A DNA stretch of 64,000 nt from Callorhinchus milii (taxonomy: Eukaryota), in NCBI RefSeq assembly GCF_018977255.1, contig NW_024704742.1, positions 48,052,001 through 48,116,000 of the forward strand, written 5' to 3'. This document shows, one piece after another, positions 32,781 through 46,301 of the stretch (position 1 is its first letter; every line of letters begins with the position of its first letter). A model generated the notes under the pieces. It did no database searches. It was not told where the DNA came from and saw only the letters and a list, made by a program, of their open reading frames with translations. Position numbers and translations under genes: made by a program.

Positions 32781-35700
32781 AATTCCACAGGTGGTGTATG
32801 CATTGTCCAAGTGTTCATAATTGAGTATAAGCTTGGCAATGAGTGTGAACGATTCAACTGCAGTGGATGCATCTTTGATCCCACACACTGGGATGTTCTA
32901 GTGGAGATCTCCTAATACAGAGATCTAAACGAATAGATCTATATAGTGAAATAGTGAAAACGAATAGAGACCGTGTCTGATTTCCCCTATTTTAATCTAT
33001 TGGCACAAAGCACAAGAGGCTGCTGGGTGAGATCAAGGCCAATAGATTAAGAGGGGTATCTGGCTGAGATCAGATAACTAAGCACAGACCAGGTTTGAAA
33101 CCTACAGTTTTCCAGTCTGGCTTTGTTTAGTACGCTAGTTGAAGAAATCTCTAGAAATGGGTAAGTTTAGTCGCTTAAAATTACTTAATATAAGTCCTCC
33201 CTTGTTATTTTTGATCCTGTTCGTTTGTATCAGCAGCTCATTGAATAGACATATTCTGAAGGGAATTTGTCCACCTATTTGCTGAGAAAACATTGTACAT
33301 TTTAATTTTTACTTGTTTGTTGGGGAAGGGTGTGTAATATGTGTGGTTAAGCTCGACTGAGTGTTTGCTGTCAGTGAGATTCTATCAGTTACTTGTTCCT
33401 GAACTACAGATTGCACTTTCTTGGGAAGCGTATTACATTTTAATGTTTACATGTAAATGGAAGTTTTATTGAAGAAAAATGAGAACTCTCACCCTGATTT
33501 ATGGTTTTAAATGGGTAATCTATTAAATACGAACAAAAGGTGCATTTGCTATGTTCATTTTCTCTTTTCGATGGGGTTTAGTGGCCTGGAAATATAAAAA
33601 TTAACTTTGAAATGTGAAAATTCTCATTAATGTGATATTTGTCTGTTTTGTAATTGATATTGGTAAATATTTTGACAAATAGATGTAACAGCTGCTGACT
33701 GCCACGGGTAGCTTTGGGTCCAAACATTTTGAAAAAAGTCAAACTATTCAGATGTCGATTGAGACATGGACGGATGAGGTTTTGAACCAGAGCTGAAATT
33801 CATGGCGGTAATACGAATCAATAAGTAGCTCAGTTTGAATTTTTCTTGAAAAATAGAATTTGATGCTTGTAGTGAATTTGAAGATACTTTGTATATTGGT
33901 TAATGCAGTGATCAAATTGGTGTGCTTTAGAAAGCAAGTCTATTTACATATACATTGTTTATTAATACCCAATATAAGTTATACATTTCAACAGAGCAGG
34001 TTTAAATTGATGTAGTTATGTACTTTTAAAACATTGTTTCCTTCTAGCATTGAGATGATTGCTTTTGAAAGCATGAGGGAGACTGTCATTTGTTAATTAA
34101 AACATAATTTGAGTGATTTTTATATTGTGATAAGCATTTGATACGATTTTAATGCCAGGTATATCCTTGATATCAACCAGAACAATATTTTCAGTATTTA
34201 CATAGCGTATGTACTTTGAAAAAAACTCTACAAAATTAAGATTGCATTTTTTAATGTGTAAGTAAAATATTCTGTGGTTTAAATTTAAATCTATCAAAAT
34301 GGATTGTTTTATTTTTACAATATATGAATCGAGTGGTGGATTTACATAATTTTTCTATTAAAGATATTTACATTTCATATTATATGTGCATTCTTTAAGA
34401 CTTGCTCTGATGATTCGGTGTCAGCCTGGATCAGTTGGTAGCACTCTAGCCAACAAATCCTCAAAATAAAATTAGTCATTCACTTAATAACTTTTCACTT
34501 CACAACTTTTGTGGGACATTGCTGGGTGCAAATTGGCTGCCGAGTTTGCCCACAAAACACAGTCACTGCACTTTACAGTACATCCTGTGAAGTACTTTAG
34601 ATGACTTCCCAAGGTGAAAGGCGCTATAACAAATGCAAAGATTAAAATGATGTGTCAGAAATATTCATGACTAACTGGGAAGGACTATTGTTATACAGCT
34701 ACAATTGTTCTATTTCTAGTTATCTGAACTTGGAGATGAGAAGTAGCCCTGAAAATCACCTGTCAACATCCCTGGTTGCTTACTCCACAGGACAGAGCCA
34801 GTACAAAATGTTTTTTTGATCCCTGACTCCTTTAAGCCTTTTATCTGGTCCCTGATCAATTCTGATTATCTCCAGAACATTGCCCATCTCGGTCATTACT
34901 TTCTCCCCATGTAGCTTCATCCATGCCTTTAGCACGTTTAGACTTCACCAATGTCTGCTCTGAAGCTCCTCTAAATAGACCCATGAAGGAGTATGGGGAT
35001 TGGGTAGAGCAATGGGATAGAAAGGGCAGCTGTTACTCTGAACCATTGTGGACTCAATGGACCAAATGAACTCTCTTTGCACTCTAAATTTCAATTTCTC
35101 CCTGAAATCTGGCTGAACCTCAGTGATCTTCTCAATTCCCAACATATTCCCTGCCCAAACCAGTTCAAACCCTCTGGGATGCTGCCCTGCGTGAAGGGTG
35201 CTATATAAAGTTGTTGCAGAATCAATGTTTCAACTGATTTCAACTAATCACAACTTCACTTGGGGTTCTGACTTCTCTGTCTCCTCTTTTGAGCACCTCA
35301 CCCAGTATCACCCCTATCTCATCTTCAAGATCCTAATCTATTGACTTCCCAATCTACCATGCTCCTTCTCTGTGATATTTCTCTCCTTGCTCTATTTCTA
35401 TACTGACTGCCTTCTCATAGTGAGTGACTTCAGCCATCACTTTTTAATTCTTTCTGCCTCATCTCTTCTCAGTTCTCCAGTCTTTCCTCAAACTCATGCT
35501 CCATGTAAACTCACACAAACTCCCCCACCCACACCAATGGTCACCTCTCAATTTTGTCATCACCCATGACCTCAATGGCTCTCGCCTTTGCTGACAAGGC
35601 TATCTCTGACCATTTTCTAATTTCCTTCAATATCTCTCTTCTATGCCCTGAATTATTTCCTGCCCTGGGAAAAATTCACACCTCAGGCCCTATCATTATC

Positions 35701-35936
35701 TGACTTGCTCATCCCTCTTGCTCTCCAATCAGAGTGACCTTGTCTCCTCTACATTCAACGCACCTCCCCTCCACCCATCCCCCCACACCCGGAAATCCAG
35801 TTCCATCTCCCACCCCACCCATTCTCCTTATCTGCTTATCTCCCGGGGTGGGGTTGGGAGTGGCGATGGCGTGAGGAGCTCTTAAATACAAACAGCAAAT
35901 GAATAATCCTGTTCTGTGTTCATTCTATGTTCTGTA

Positions 35937-36221
35937 GAGTCCTGTAGCTCAGTGGTTAGAGCACTCACCTCACAAGTGATAGGATCTGGGTTTGATTCCC
36001 GGCAGAGCGAAACCTTGGGCAAGTTTCCTTCTCCACACGCCTGATAACCCTAAGAATGAAATAATAATTTGGTCACTTTGTGGGACAGTGCTGTGCGCAA
36101 TTGGCTGCAGCGTTTTGTCCACAAAATATACACTGAATTCACTTTACAGTATATTCTGTGAAGCTCTTTGAGACATCTAGAAGACGTGAAAAGCGCGATA
36201 TCAAATGCAAGGATTATTATT
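35937..36221 (+). mobile_element. tRNA-derived SINE inside decayed L2 fragments
   Basis: gagtcctgtagctcagtggttagagc head; aaatgcaaggattattatt tail. Confidence 0.88.
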
Positions 36222-37194
36222 TCTTATTACTTGACTGTAAGTGGCACAAAACTGGCCTCACACTCGATCACCAGATCTCTGTCTTCTCCAAAACTATCAC
36301 CTCTTCCCCTTGAAGGTCATCCTAGAGGCCAAAGACCAGACCGAGCTCCTCTCCGCTATGAATCACCTCCTCCTGCCCTGTGCTCTTTCTCACTTTTCTC
36401 CACGCTTTGCCCTAATTTCTCCTTGATCCCTCTTCACCCTCAAAATCCACATGAAACCCTCCACCTGCTGCTGTCCAGCCAATCACCTCTCATCTACTTT
36501 GCTGACAGACATAGTCAACCTGTCCTTCTCTTCCAGCACTGTCTTCCTCCCCCTCTAAACTCCTCTGATTCCCCAAATCCCTCCTCAACCCCTCCAAACT
36601 CAATTACTGGCCCATCTCCATCTATGTTGTTGCTACTCAACTGTATTCCTACACTTTTCCTTCATTCTTTGCTTAAGCCCTTCCAGTCTGGTTTCTGCCT
36701 CACAGCACTGAACCATTCCTTGTCTTCACTCCTCATCAGTTCGCCTAGTTGGACCATCCTAGTTTTGCCCATAAAAGAACAGTCCATTCACTTTACACTT
36801 TACAGTATATTTGAGCCGTCTCACTGACTTGATAAGGTGTTATATCAAATGCAAGGATTATTAATATTATCCACAAGACAAAGTTCATACAAATCTCCAG
36901 CAGCTGCATCCTCACCCACAGCAAACTCCACATGTACATTATCCCAGGCCTTGCCAGGCTCCCACTGGCTCTTTTATCTTCAAACGGCACCATACAGAGG
37001 GGCCCCAATAATTCTTAGTACTGCTTTGTCTGGAACCTCCCTATCTCTATAATTTTATCTTAACCCACTGTTCTACTCACCCTTCTGCTTGGCGATCTGA
37101 AGCCTGCAACACAACTCTGTCTCCACCCTCCATTGAAGGCCAAGCCTTCATCAGTAACTATATTGTTAACCTCTAATATTGTCTCCTATTAATC

Positions 37195-37431
37195 AGGGCG
37201 AAACCTTGGGCAAGTTTCCTTACTCCACACGCCTAATAATAATCCCTCAAAAAAACAATAATAAATTGGTCATTTTCAATCCTCGACCGTTTGTAGGATA
37301 CTGCTGTGTGCAATTGGCTGCTCCATTTCGCCCACAAATATACGATCAATTCACTTTACAGCATATTCTATGAAGTGCTTTGAAACGTCTAGAAGACGTG
37401 AAAAGTGCTATACCAAATGCAGGAATTATTA
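37195..37431 (+). mobile_element. tRNA-derived SINE, short form, 5' truncated
   Basis: gggcgaaaccttgggcaagtttccttactccacacgcctaataataatccc... Confidence 0.88.
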
Positions 37432-37591
37432 TTTCTATGTCACTGACTCTATCTGTATATAAAATCCTCCTAAAAACTTATTTCTTCCCTTTCCATCTTT
37501 CCTTGCTTGGCGTACGTCACTATTTCTGTGAAGCTCTCCAAGTTGCTATCCTATGTGAAATGCGCTATATAAATACAAGTTGGTATTCTCT

Positions 37592-38243
37592 CAATAATAA
37601 TAATAATCCTTACATTTGATATAGCGCTTTTCACGTCTTCTAGACGTCTCAAAGCGCTTCACAGAATAGACTGTAAAGTGAATTGACTGTATATTTGTGG
37701 GCGAAATGTGGCAGCCAATTACGCACAGCAATGTCCCACAAACAGTCGTGGATTGAAATGAACAATTTATTATTGAATCTACCTGGATTCAAACTGACCA
37801 CTACAACTTGCACTTATATAGCGCCCTCCATGCAGAGTAGTGTCGCAGAGCTAATGGCGCACAGCATTGTCCCACAAACAGTCATGGATTGAAATGAACA
37901 ATTTATTATTGAATCTGCCTGGATTCAAACTGACCACTACAACTTGCACTTATATAGCGCCCTCCATGCAGGGTAGTGTCGCAGAGCTAATGGCGCACAG
38001 CATTGTCCCACAAACAGTCATGGAATGAAGTGAACAATTTATTATTATTATTTTGTTTTGAAGGAATTATTACCCCTAGAAAAGCAATCCACCAATCGAC
38101 TAACAACTGGGTTCCTACTTACTGCTAGGTAAACAGAGGCGTGTGGAGTAAGGAAACTTGTCCAACATTTCACCCTGCTGGGAGTTGAGCCCAGGTGTCT
38201 TTCTTATGAGGTGAGTGCTCTGACTATTAAGCTACAGGACTCC
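37592..38243 (-). mobile_element. tRNA-derived SINE, long form, interrupted by a 136-bp tandem duplication
   Basis: Tail at 37592, head gctacaggactc at ~38231-38242; units start at 37722, 37858, 37994. Confidence 0.85.
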
Positions 38244-39494
38244 ATGATATGCAGTTGAAGAAGACACAACTCACAAATCACTTCTTTTTCCAGAGTGCAA
38301 ACTTACTTGTACCTACACCAGATGGTGCTGCAGTGCATGTCAGAAGGCAATCAATGTCTGATTATCTTGTGACACTCGCCTGACAGTTAAATTACTGCTT
38401 CATGGAAAATATAGAGTTAGAACATTACTGTGAGACGAAGAGGTAGACTTTCTCAGCTATTGTATGAGAACTCTTCGGTGGATCTTATTACCGTAATTTT
38501 ATTGCATTCTTCTTTTCCAGTCCTTCTGTTTAGATCAAATAATAAGAATGGAAGCAGACCCGAAATGTTGATATCCATGAGGCTAAAAATAATCTGTGAA
38601 ATTGACCATATTTCATGGAAGGTCATATGTATTTTGTATCCTTGCAGCGTCCTAGCCTCAGCCACCTTCCTGGTAACATAGGGTTGCCAGTAGTATTTTG
38701 AACAGTTAGTACTCCACTCTCTCTTTCCCTTTCTGGCTATCTCCATTTCCATAGGTGAGCGCAATGTTGAGAAGGGTGTGGGAGGGGGGAGCAGAATAGA
38801 ATGGTCACTAAAATTAAATTGATAATTATATTGATAAAATAAGATCTAACCTCAACATGATCAAAAAAAATACGTTTTTTTTTACATGTTTCACTTTGTG
38901 GAGAAAAAAGTGGAATGAACAACAACTTGCATTTGCATAGCGTCCTTCACGTGGGGTAGTGTTCCGGAGAGCTTGAAAGTGGCAGACAATGAGCCAAGGG
39001 GAAAGGGAGTGGGGAAGGAACTTTAGATGGGATTTGAAGGTGGAGAGAGAGGGGGCAAGGTGGAGATGACAAGGCCACTGATGGTGCAATGGAGGGGATG
39101 AGGGACAAGCTGGAGGCAGACAAGCAGAGACAGCGGGTGATGGAGTAGGGAGCAAGCAAGGGATTTGAAAACGAATGAGAGGATCTTGAAATCGATCTGT
39201 TCGGTAATTGGGAGTCAGTGGAGCCTGACAAGAACTGGTGTGAACATTTTCTGTCACAATGTAAAATGGGTGTCTGGCAGTCAAAAGTGTTGCCAGGTTT
39301 TGAAAATTATCAAATTAACTGATTTTAAAGCTTGTAGATAAAAATAAATAATCCCAGCTCAAGAAATTAAGATGGGATCCCACATGAATTTTGCAGGTAA
39401 GAGTGAATGTTTGAGTTTAATAACTAATGAGAAACATTTATATTTTGAAAAGCATTATTCTTGGTTTGAAAACTGTGATACAATATTTAATTAT

Positions 39495-39866
39495 AAAAAT
39501 CCTTGCATTTGATATAGTGCCTTATCACATCGTTGAGACATCTCAAAGCACTTCACAAAGTATATTGTAAAGTGGATTGACTGTGTATTGTGTGGGCAAA
39601 ATGCGGCAGCCAATTGTGCACAGTAGTGTCCCACAGACAGTCATGGATTGAGTGACCAAATTAATATTATTATTGTATTTCAACTGATTATTACTCCTGA
39701 AAAAGCAATCTGCCAATCGACTAACAACCAAGTTCCTACTTACTGTTAGGTAAACAGAGGTGTGTGGAGTAAGGAAACGTATCTAAAATTTCGTCCTACC
39801 CGTGAAATGAATCCAGGTCGTCTCGCTTGCGAGGCGAGCTTGCTAACCACTACGTTATGGGACTCC
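39495..39866 (-). mobile_element. tRNA-derived SINE, long form
   Basis: Tail, Deu-like core, internal ctctgtttacctaacagtaagtaggaac segment and degenerate head on minus strand. Confidence 0.85.
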
Positions 39867-41149
39867 ACGGTTTAAACAGTATTTAACAGTTTAAAGGTTC
39901 CATTGCCGAAAGAGAAACAGAAGTGTTGACTGATTATTAATATTCCATTTGGTGTAGGAAACAAAAATAGACATTGCAGTTCCTTACAGGGGAAGTTTCC
40001 AGTCTGTACTCTGCTGTTGTAAGAGGAAGAAGCATTTGGCAGATATTAGATACTTTCCAAAATAGTCTTCTGCACTTTTTTTCTTTAGACAACCATTGGA
40101 TGAGACTTTAAACCCAAGATCCTGTCTAACAATGCTGCTGGGAAGATCTTCAGGTGGGATTTGAAGGTGGGGAGAGAGGGGGCAAGGTGGAGGTGGCACC
40201 TTGCCCTCTCTCTCCCCACCTTCAAAAATTCCTACAGATTATTCTGAAGAAGAAACAGGGAGGTCTCTCAGGTTCCATCCCAATATTTCCCTCTCATCTA
40301 AAATCACCTGAAATCAAAATATTAGTTATCCAATTGCTGTTTTGGGACATTGCTAGACATCACTATAATTTGAAGTAACTCATTGTGTGAAGCACTTTCA
40401 GATGCTTCAGTGATGAGATGTTCTATCAATGTAAAAATAATTTTGATAACTAAGCAACACAAGTAAGTTCTTTAATTTTTTTGCCTTTCCTGAAGCCATA
40501 GCTTTGCTCATGAGATCACGAACTTCCTTGATAATCTTGCTTAAGTGACTATTCTTCATGCCTTGCCTTATCAACCTGTCCGTTCCCTTTGCTCACCTGC
40601 TCCGGCCTGCTCCACGTCCCCCCTGTCCCACCATCAGTGGTTGGACATTCGGCCTCTCTGCCCCCACCCTTTGGACCTCTATCCACATTCCCTTCACCTC
40701 GCTCCCTTCCTTGCCTGCTTCAGAGCACGTCTCAAAAGCCTCCTCTTCGACCACACCTTTGGCCATCCTATACCTAGCCTCCCTGCCCTCCACCCCTTTT
40801 GATCCCAACCCCTTGCTCGGGTCCAAATCCCTGAACGTACAGCGCCTTGGGACATCCTCCCGATGTGAAGTATTCGCTGTTTGAATATGGGAGGTGGACG
40901 AACAATACTATATCACGTCCTTACCAGAACTACGCCCACATTTCAAACAGGGGCAGGAGTCCTGGCTACTTTTTCCGATCTTTAACCTGGCCCAAATATA
41001 GGACCGTTTGTGTCATTTTAGGTGAGATCTGATCAATCCAATAAACAAATCATAACTGTAGAATAAACATGATTTCAACCTTTGATTTTGCTACAACACT
41101 TTACAAAGTGTAATTGGCACATTGTGATGTCAATAAAGTCCCGCTTCCC

Positions 41150-41845
41150 ATAATAATAATAATCCTTGCATTTGATATAGCACCTTATCAAGTTTTCAAG
41201 AAGTCTCAAAGCACTTCACAGAATGTACTGTAAAATAATAATAATAATAATAATAAGCCTTGCATTTGATATAGCGCTTTTCACGTCTTCTAGACATCTC
41301 AAAGTGCTTCACAGAATATACTGTAAAGTGAATTGACTGCATATTTGTGGGCAAAGCGCGGCAGCCAATTGCGCATAGCAGTTCCCCACAAACAGTTGTG
41401 GATTGAAAATGGCCAATTTATTATTGTTTTGTTTTGGAGGGATTATTATTAGGCATGTGGAGTAAGGAAACTTGCCCAAGGTTTGTCCCTGCCTGGAATT
41501 GAATCCAGGTGTCTTGCTTTCAAGGTGAGTGCTCTAACCACTGAGCTACAGGACTTCAAAGTGAATTGATTGTATGTTTTCTGGGTGAAACGCGGCAGCC
41601 AATTGTGCAGAGCAGTGTCCCACAAACAGTCGTAGATTAAGTGACCAAATTATTTTTTTTAAAAGGAATTATTGTCCTCAGAAAAGTGATCCACCAATCA
41701 ACTAATACTGGGTTCCTGCTTAGTGATCGATAAACAGAGACATGTGGAGTAAGGAAACCTGCCCAATGATTTGCCCTGCTGGGAATCAAACCCGGGTCCG
41801 CTCGCTTCCCAGGCGGGTGGTCTAACCACTGAGCTACAGAACTTC
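41150..41845 (-). mobile_element. Nested SINEs: short form (~41235-41555) inserted in a long form
   Basis: Outer tail 41150-41232 continues at ~41558 (aaagtgaattg); two heads at ~41555 and ~41840. Confidence 0.85.
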
Positions 41846-41849
41846 CCAT

Positions 41850-43617
41850 GCTGAAGATTCATTTCAAATTGCACTACTTCTGCCGACTTCACTGCCCTCC
41901 TCTCCCTAAACCTCACCCTTCATATAAATTCACCCTCCGTGGTCGTGCCCTTGACCTCGTTATCATCCACGGCCTTGACATTTCTGACCTCAGCATAGTG
42001 GACAAGGCCATCTCGGTCCACTTCCTCATCTCTTTCTCCTCCCACTTCCCTCTCTCCTCCACCAAGCACTCAATCATCCTCTACCTCACTTGGAAAAGGC
42101 TACCCCCTGAGACCCTCACAAAGGCCCTCACATCATCAAACATCCTATCCCTCTGACCTTCCACCCGCGGAGATCCTTAAGCAGCCATCCAGCTGCTCCA
42201 TGATCACCTCTCCTCCACCTTCAACTCCCTCGTTCCCCTGAAATCCAGGACCATTTCCAAACCCACCCGATCCCCCTAGTACAACCACCATCTCCGCCGC
42301 CTAGAAACCCAAACCCGGCTGCTCCAGTCCGTTTCTGCCCTGCCCACAGTACAGAGACTGTGCTTGTGAAAGTCACAAACGACATCCTCTCTATCTGTGA
42401 CCAGGGTTCCCTCTGCCTCCTTGTTCTCGTGGACCTCTCCGCGGCGTTCGACACAGTCGATCACACCATCCTCCTCCACCGCCTTTCCTCTGTCATCCAC
42501 CTCAGTGAGACTGCACTCGCCTGGATCGAGTCCTACCTCACAAACCGCCAGCACTACATCTGCACAAACGGCTTCTCCTCCCGCTCTCACCCGGGTACCT
42601 GCGGGGTATCCCAAGGTTCCATCCTTGGCCCCCTCCTCTTTCTGATCTATATGCTCCCTCTTGGGGATGTCATCCGCATACTTGGGACGACACCCAACTC
42701 TATTTATCCACCTCACTTTGCGACCCCCAGTCCCCTGATGTTCTGTCAGACTGCCTGTCAGATCTCAGGGGCTGGATGAGCGCAAATTAACTTCAGCTGA
42801 ACGTTGACAAGATGGAAGCCATACTCTTTGGCTCTCGTCAACGTCTAAAATCTCATGGCTCTCACCTCCTCCACCTACCCGACCTCCTCCTAAAACTCTC
42901 CGCACCCGTACGCAACCTAGGTGTCAGGTTCGACCCCCAATTATCCTTCCTCCCCCGCATCCAGTCCTTCACCAGAACTGCCTTCTTCCACCTCGGACGA
43001 ATCACCTGTCTCCGCCAATACCTCTCTGAAAGCCGCTGAAACCCTAGTCCATGCCTTTGTCACCTCTCGGCTGGACTATTCTAACGCCCTCCTCGCCAGT
43101 CTCCCATCCACTACCGTCCATAAAATCCAAATCATTCAAAACTCTGCCGCCCGCATTCTCACCTGCACCAAACTCCGCTCCCCGATCACCCCAGTCCTTG
43201 CCAGACTGCACTGGCTGCCTATCCCAGAGAAGATCGATTTCAAGATCCTCACCTTTGTATTCAAATCCCTCCACTCCTCTGCACCCCCCTACTTCTCTGA
43301 CCTCCACTCTCCTCACAACAGTGCCCGTTGCCTTCGTTCCTCCGGCTCTGGCCTCCTCCTCGTCCCGAGTCATCCACTCCACCCTCGGCGGCTGTGCCTT
43401 CAGCCACTATGCCCCGAGGCTCTGGAACTCCCTTCCTCACTCCCTTCGCTTCGCCCCCTCTCTATTTTCAGGTCCCTGCTGAAGACCTTTCTTTTCAACT
43501 GCGCCTTTGGTCACCTTCCTCACCCTCCCCCTGGCTCAGCCCCGGGATCCGTTACTGTGAAGTGCTCTGAGACGCCGTCCGGCATGGAGGGCGCTATATA
43601 AATCTAAGTTGTTGTTG
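41850..43617 (+). mobile_element. L2 with internal deletion (endonuclease end joined to RT), second subfamily tail
   Basis: LDLVI...ISVHFLISF; jump near 42320 to [31 protein letters not shown]; tail ggcatggagggcgctatataaatctaagttgttgttg. Confidence 0.92.
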
Positions 43618-44639
43618 TAAAGCCTTTTCACAATAAAATGTGTCATCACCCATAGTTGTTTCCGCATTTTCAAGTGACTTCTTTATTGAGTAATTTCCAT
43701 GATGTTGAGAATTTTCCTCAAGCAAAACTTCTGTTTCTACATTTATTTGGGCATGTAAACATTAGAATACTGCTGGTTCATAAAATTAGAAATAATACTT
43801 GTTGCAGATTCAAATCAATTGAAAACTTTGCTGGCTAGATATGCGGTAAGATACTATATGCTGTACTATGTTTGCAAGAGAAACATACAGTAATTTGAAT
43901 TGTGACTTAATTTACTGAACAAAATTAATGATTGGAGGGAAAAGTACTTTCTATTTTAAAAAATACAAATGCTTGTATTGTGTGGGCAAAATGTAAGACT
44001 GACAATAGTGAGAATGAAAGACAAGCTTGAGATTTGAGTGTGACTGTTCACCACACCTTGTAAGCAGGGAGAGAGTTTACATTCCAGATATAGGGAAATT
44101 TCCATGTGTGGGTCGCATACATATATGGAGCTCTCAATCTGATTTGGATATTCTTAAGTTTGGTGATGGTTTCTCCTTGTGTTAGACACCCGGCTGACCA
44201 AAAAAAAAAGTTTTTTTTTAATGAGACTGAGAGCAGATTTGGACAATGCCGATGGACTATACAGTGTGCTCTGCCCAAGAGATGTTAGTGTCAGTGGGGC
44301 TGGAACTGTCCAGGGGTTTAGTTTAAATTATTGCTGCTTTGCTTCCGCACATATACAAAACCAATGATGGTGCCATATGCTATAATTGGTGGTGTCCAAC
44401 GGCGTCACACAAATGCATGGTACCTTTTGGTACCTGTTATGATCTGAGCATGCAGCTAGTTAATGGTAGTCGAGGCCAGGTGCTGAGCCTGAATGTTAGA
44501 TGTCTTTGCTGCTGGCCTATTTTGCTGATACTATTTGGTTATATGCTCATGCCATTATCGACTCAGCAGAATGAGTATATGAAGTGGTATCAGTTCTGGC
44601 CCCAGGGGCTTTCCACATCTCTGTTGTTTGCAATAATGA

Positions 44640-44862
44640 AACCACAAACACACATATACATACCTATACACCACGCAGTCACACACCTAAATACCATAAA
44701 CACATACACACATGCCTTTACACCATGTGCACAGATACACAAACCAGAACATCATAAATCCATACATACCTATACACCATATACACACACAAACACACAC
44801 ATCATACCTACCCATCATATACACATAAATACCTATCCAGCAGGCATACACACATCACATGT
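44640..44862. repeat. Degenerate (CA/TA)-rich low-complexity tract
   Basis: acacac/catacac runs. Confidence 0.8.
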
Positions 44863-46049
44863 TTAAACTTATCACTTTGTCGAGGTATCTCAAAATGCTT
44901 AACAGGATTTTTACTATGAAGTGTGTATTTGTAGGCAAACATTTGTGGTCAGTTTGTGCTCTGCAATGTCCCACAGATAGCCGTGAATGATCAATCTTAT
45001 TTAGGTGATTTTTAGCTAGTACACCTAGAGAAAATCTTGTTGATTAATGTACCGACTAGAATATTAAGTTATTGAAGACATTTTGTTTCTGTTGCGAAAT
45101 CTAGGTGATGGGACAAAACCCTTAATACAGAACATCACCCAAGATTAAAAAGATCGAAGAGAAAATTACACTCATATACAAGACAGTAGAACAAGAGGGT
45201 ACAGGTTTACAGTTGGAAAATTCAATTTCAGGATAGATACCAGGACATTTTTCTTTACTCAGAGGAAATTAATGACTGAAACAGATTGCCAGGAGGGGTG
45301 GGTAAGGCCAGGACACAGAGCTTATTTTTTTAAAAAAACAGCTTGATACTGTAATGGAAGGATGGTAGAGTGGGTATTTTGGAAACATGAGATCAAATAG
45401 GCCAAAGAGCCTTTTCCATCCAAATTTCCCTAGTGATCACTTATGATAATAATTCACTGATACATCATCATACAGTTTTTTTTACTAATACGTCAACCAT
45501 AAGGAAATTAATTTTGGGTTTGTGGCAACATTGATGCCTGCGGAAGAAATCCAAAGAAAAAAGTAGTTTCATTGTGTCACTGGGAGCAGTCACATCTATA
45601 TATTTTAGCTAACTTTCCCAGCACCATAACAAAGTTCTTTTCAACGGTGATTGTATATTGTTCCTCAAGTAAATATCTTATGCTGGAGAATTTTACAGAG
45701 AAGCTGACATGCAATAAAAAATTTAACTGTTGAGAGCAAAGTGGACACTTTTATAGTATTGAATTGTCAAGGAGATTGATTTTCCAATTGACAAATGGTT
45801 GTGTCCTCTAATTCAGTCTAAACAATGTAAACTAGAGAAACTTTCAGCACAAAAGGAGAAATATAGCCCATCGTGTCTGTGTCACTGTGCCAAAATCTAC
45901 AAATCTGTGACCCCAATGTTTCGGTGGTGCTAAGCACTCGCTCACAAAGCACTTGACAGGACATACTTGTGGTTTGAAGCTTATTGACAGGATGTTGCAC
46001 CAAAAATTTTAGTAGAAAGCTGCAGACTGACTTGGTATTTCTTTTCCTG

Positions 46050-46301
46050 ATGCTTACCGAGAGTGGACATGCTGTCCTTGGGGTTTTCTTTTTGAGGAAG
46101 CCTGCTCACAACTGAGGATTATTACTTTGTGTGGTGTTGGGGTGAGGGGTGGGTTGGTTCAAAGCTACGTAAAGTCAGACTGACATTTTGCACAGTTTCT
46201 GTCTCACTGGGAAGAATTAAACTTCCGTGATTCATTAGACGGTGAACGAGCCGGGCAGCACAAAGTAATTCAACCGATCTGATAGCGTTCAAGAGGTAAG
46301 C
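46050..46301 (+). promoter_or_regulatory. Candidate promoter/non-coding first exon of a downstream gene
   Basis: Repeat-free; ETS GAGGAAG 46094, RUNX TGTGGT 46130, ETS+AP-1-like ACTTCCG-TGATTCA 46221-46234, local CpGs, donor GAG|GTAAGC at 46296. Confidence 0.35.

Noticed and set aside
36168..36827. 219-aa ORF
   Set aside because: Made of a SINE tail plus decayed L2 sequence
44339..44866. 175-aa His/Thr-rich ORF
   Set aside because: Composition comes from the CA-rich tract; no domain or splice support
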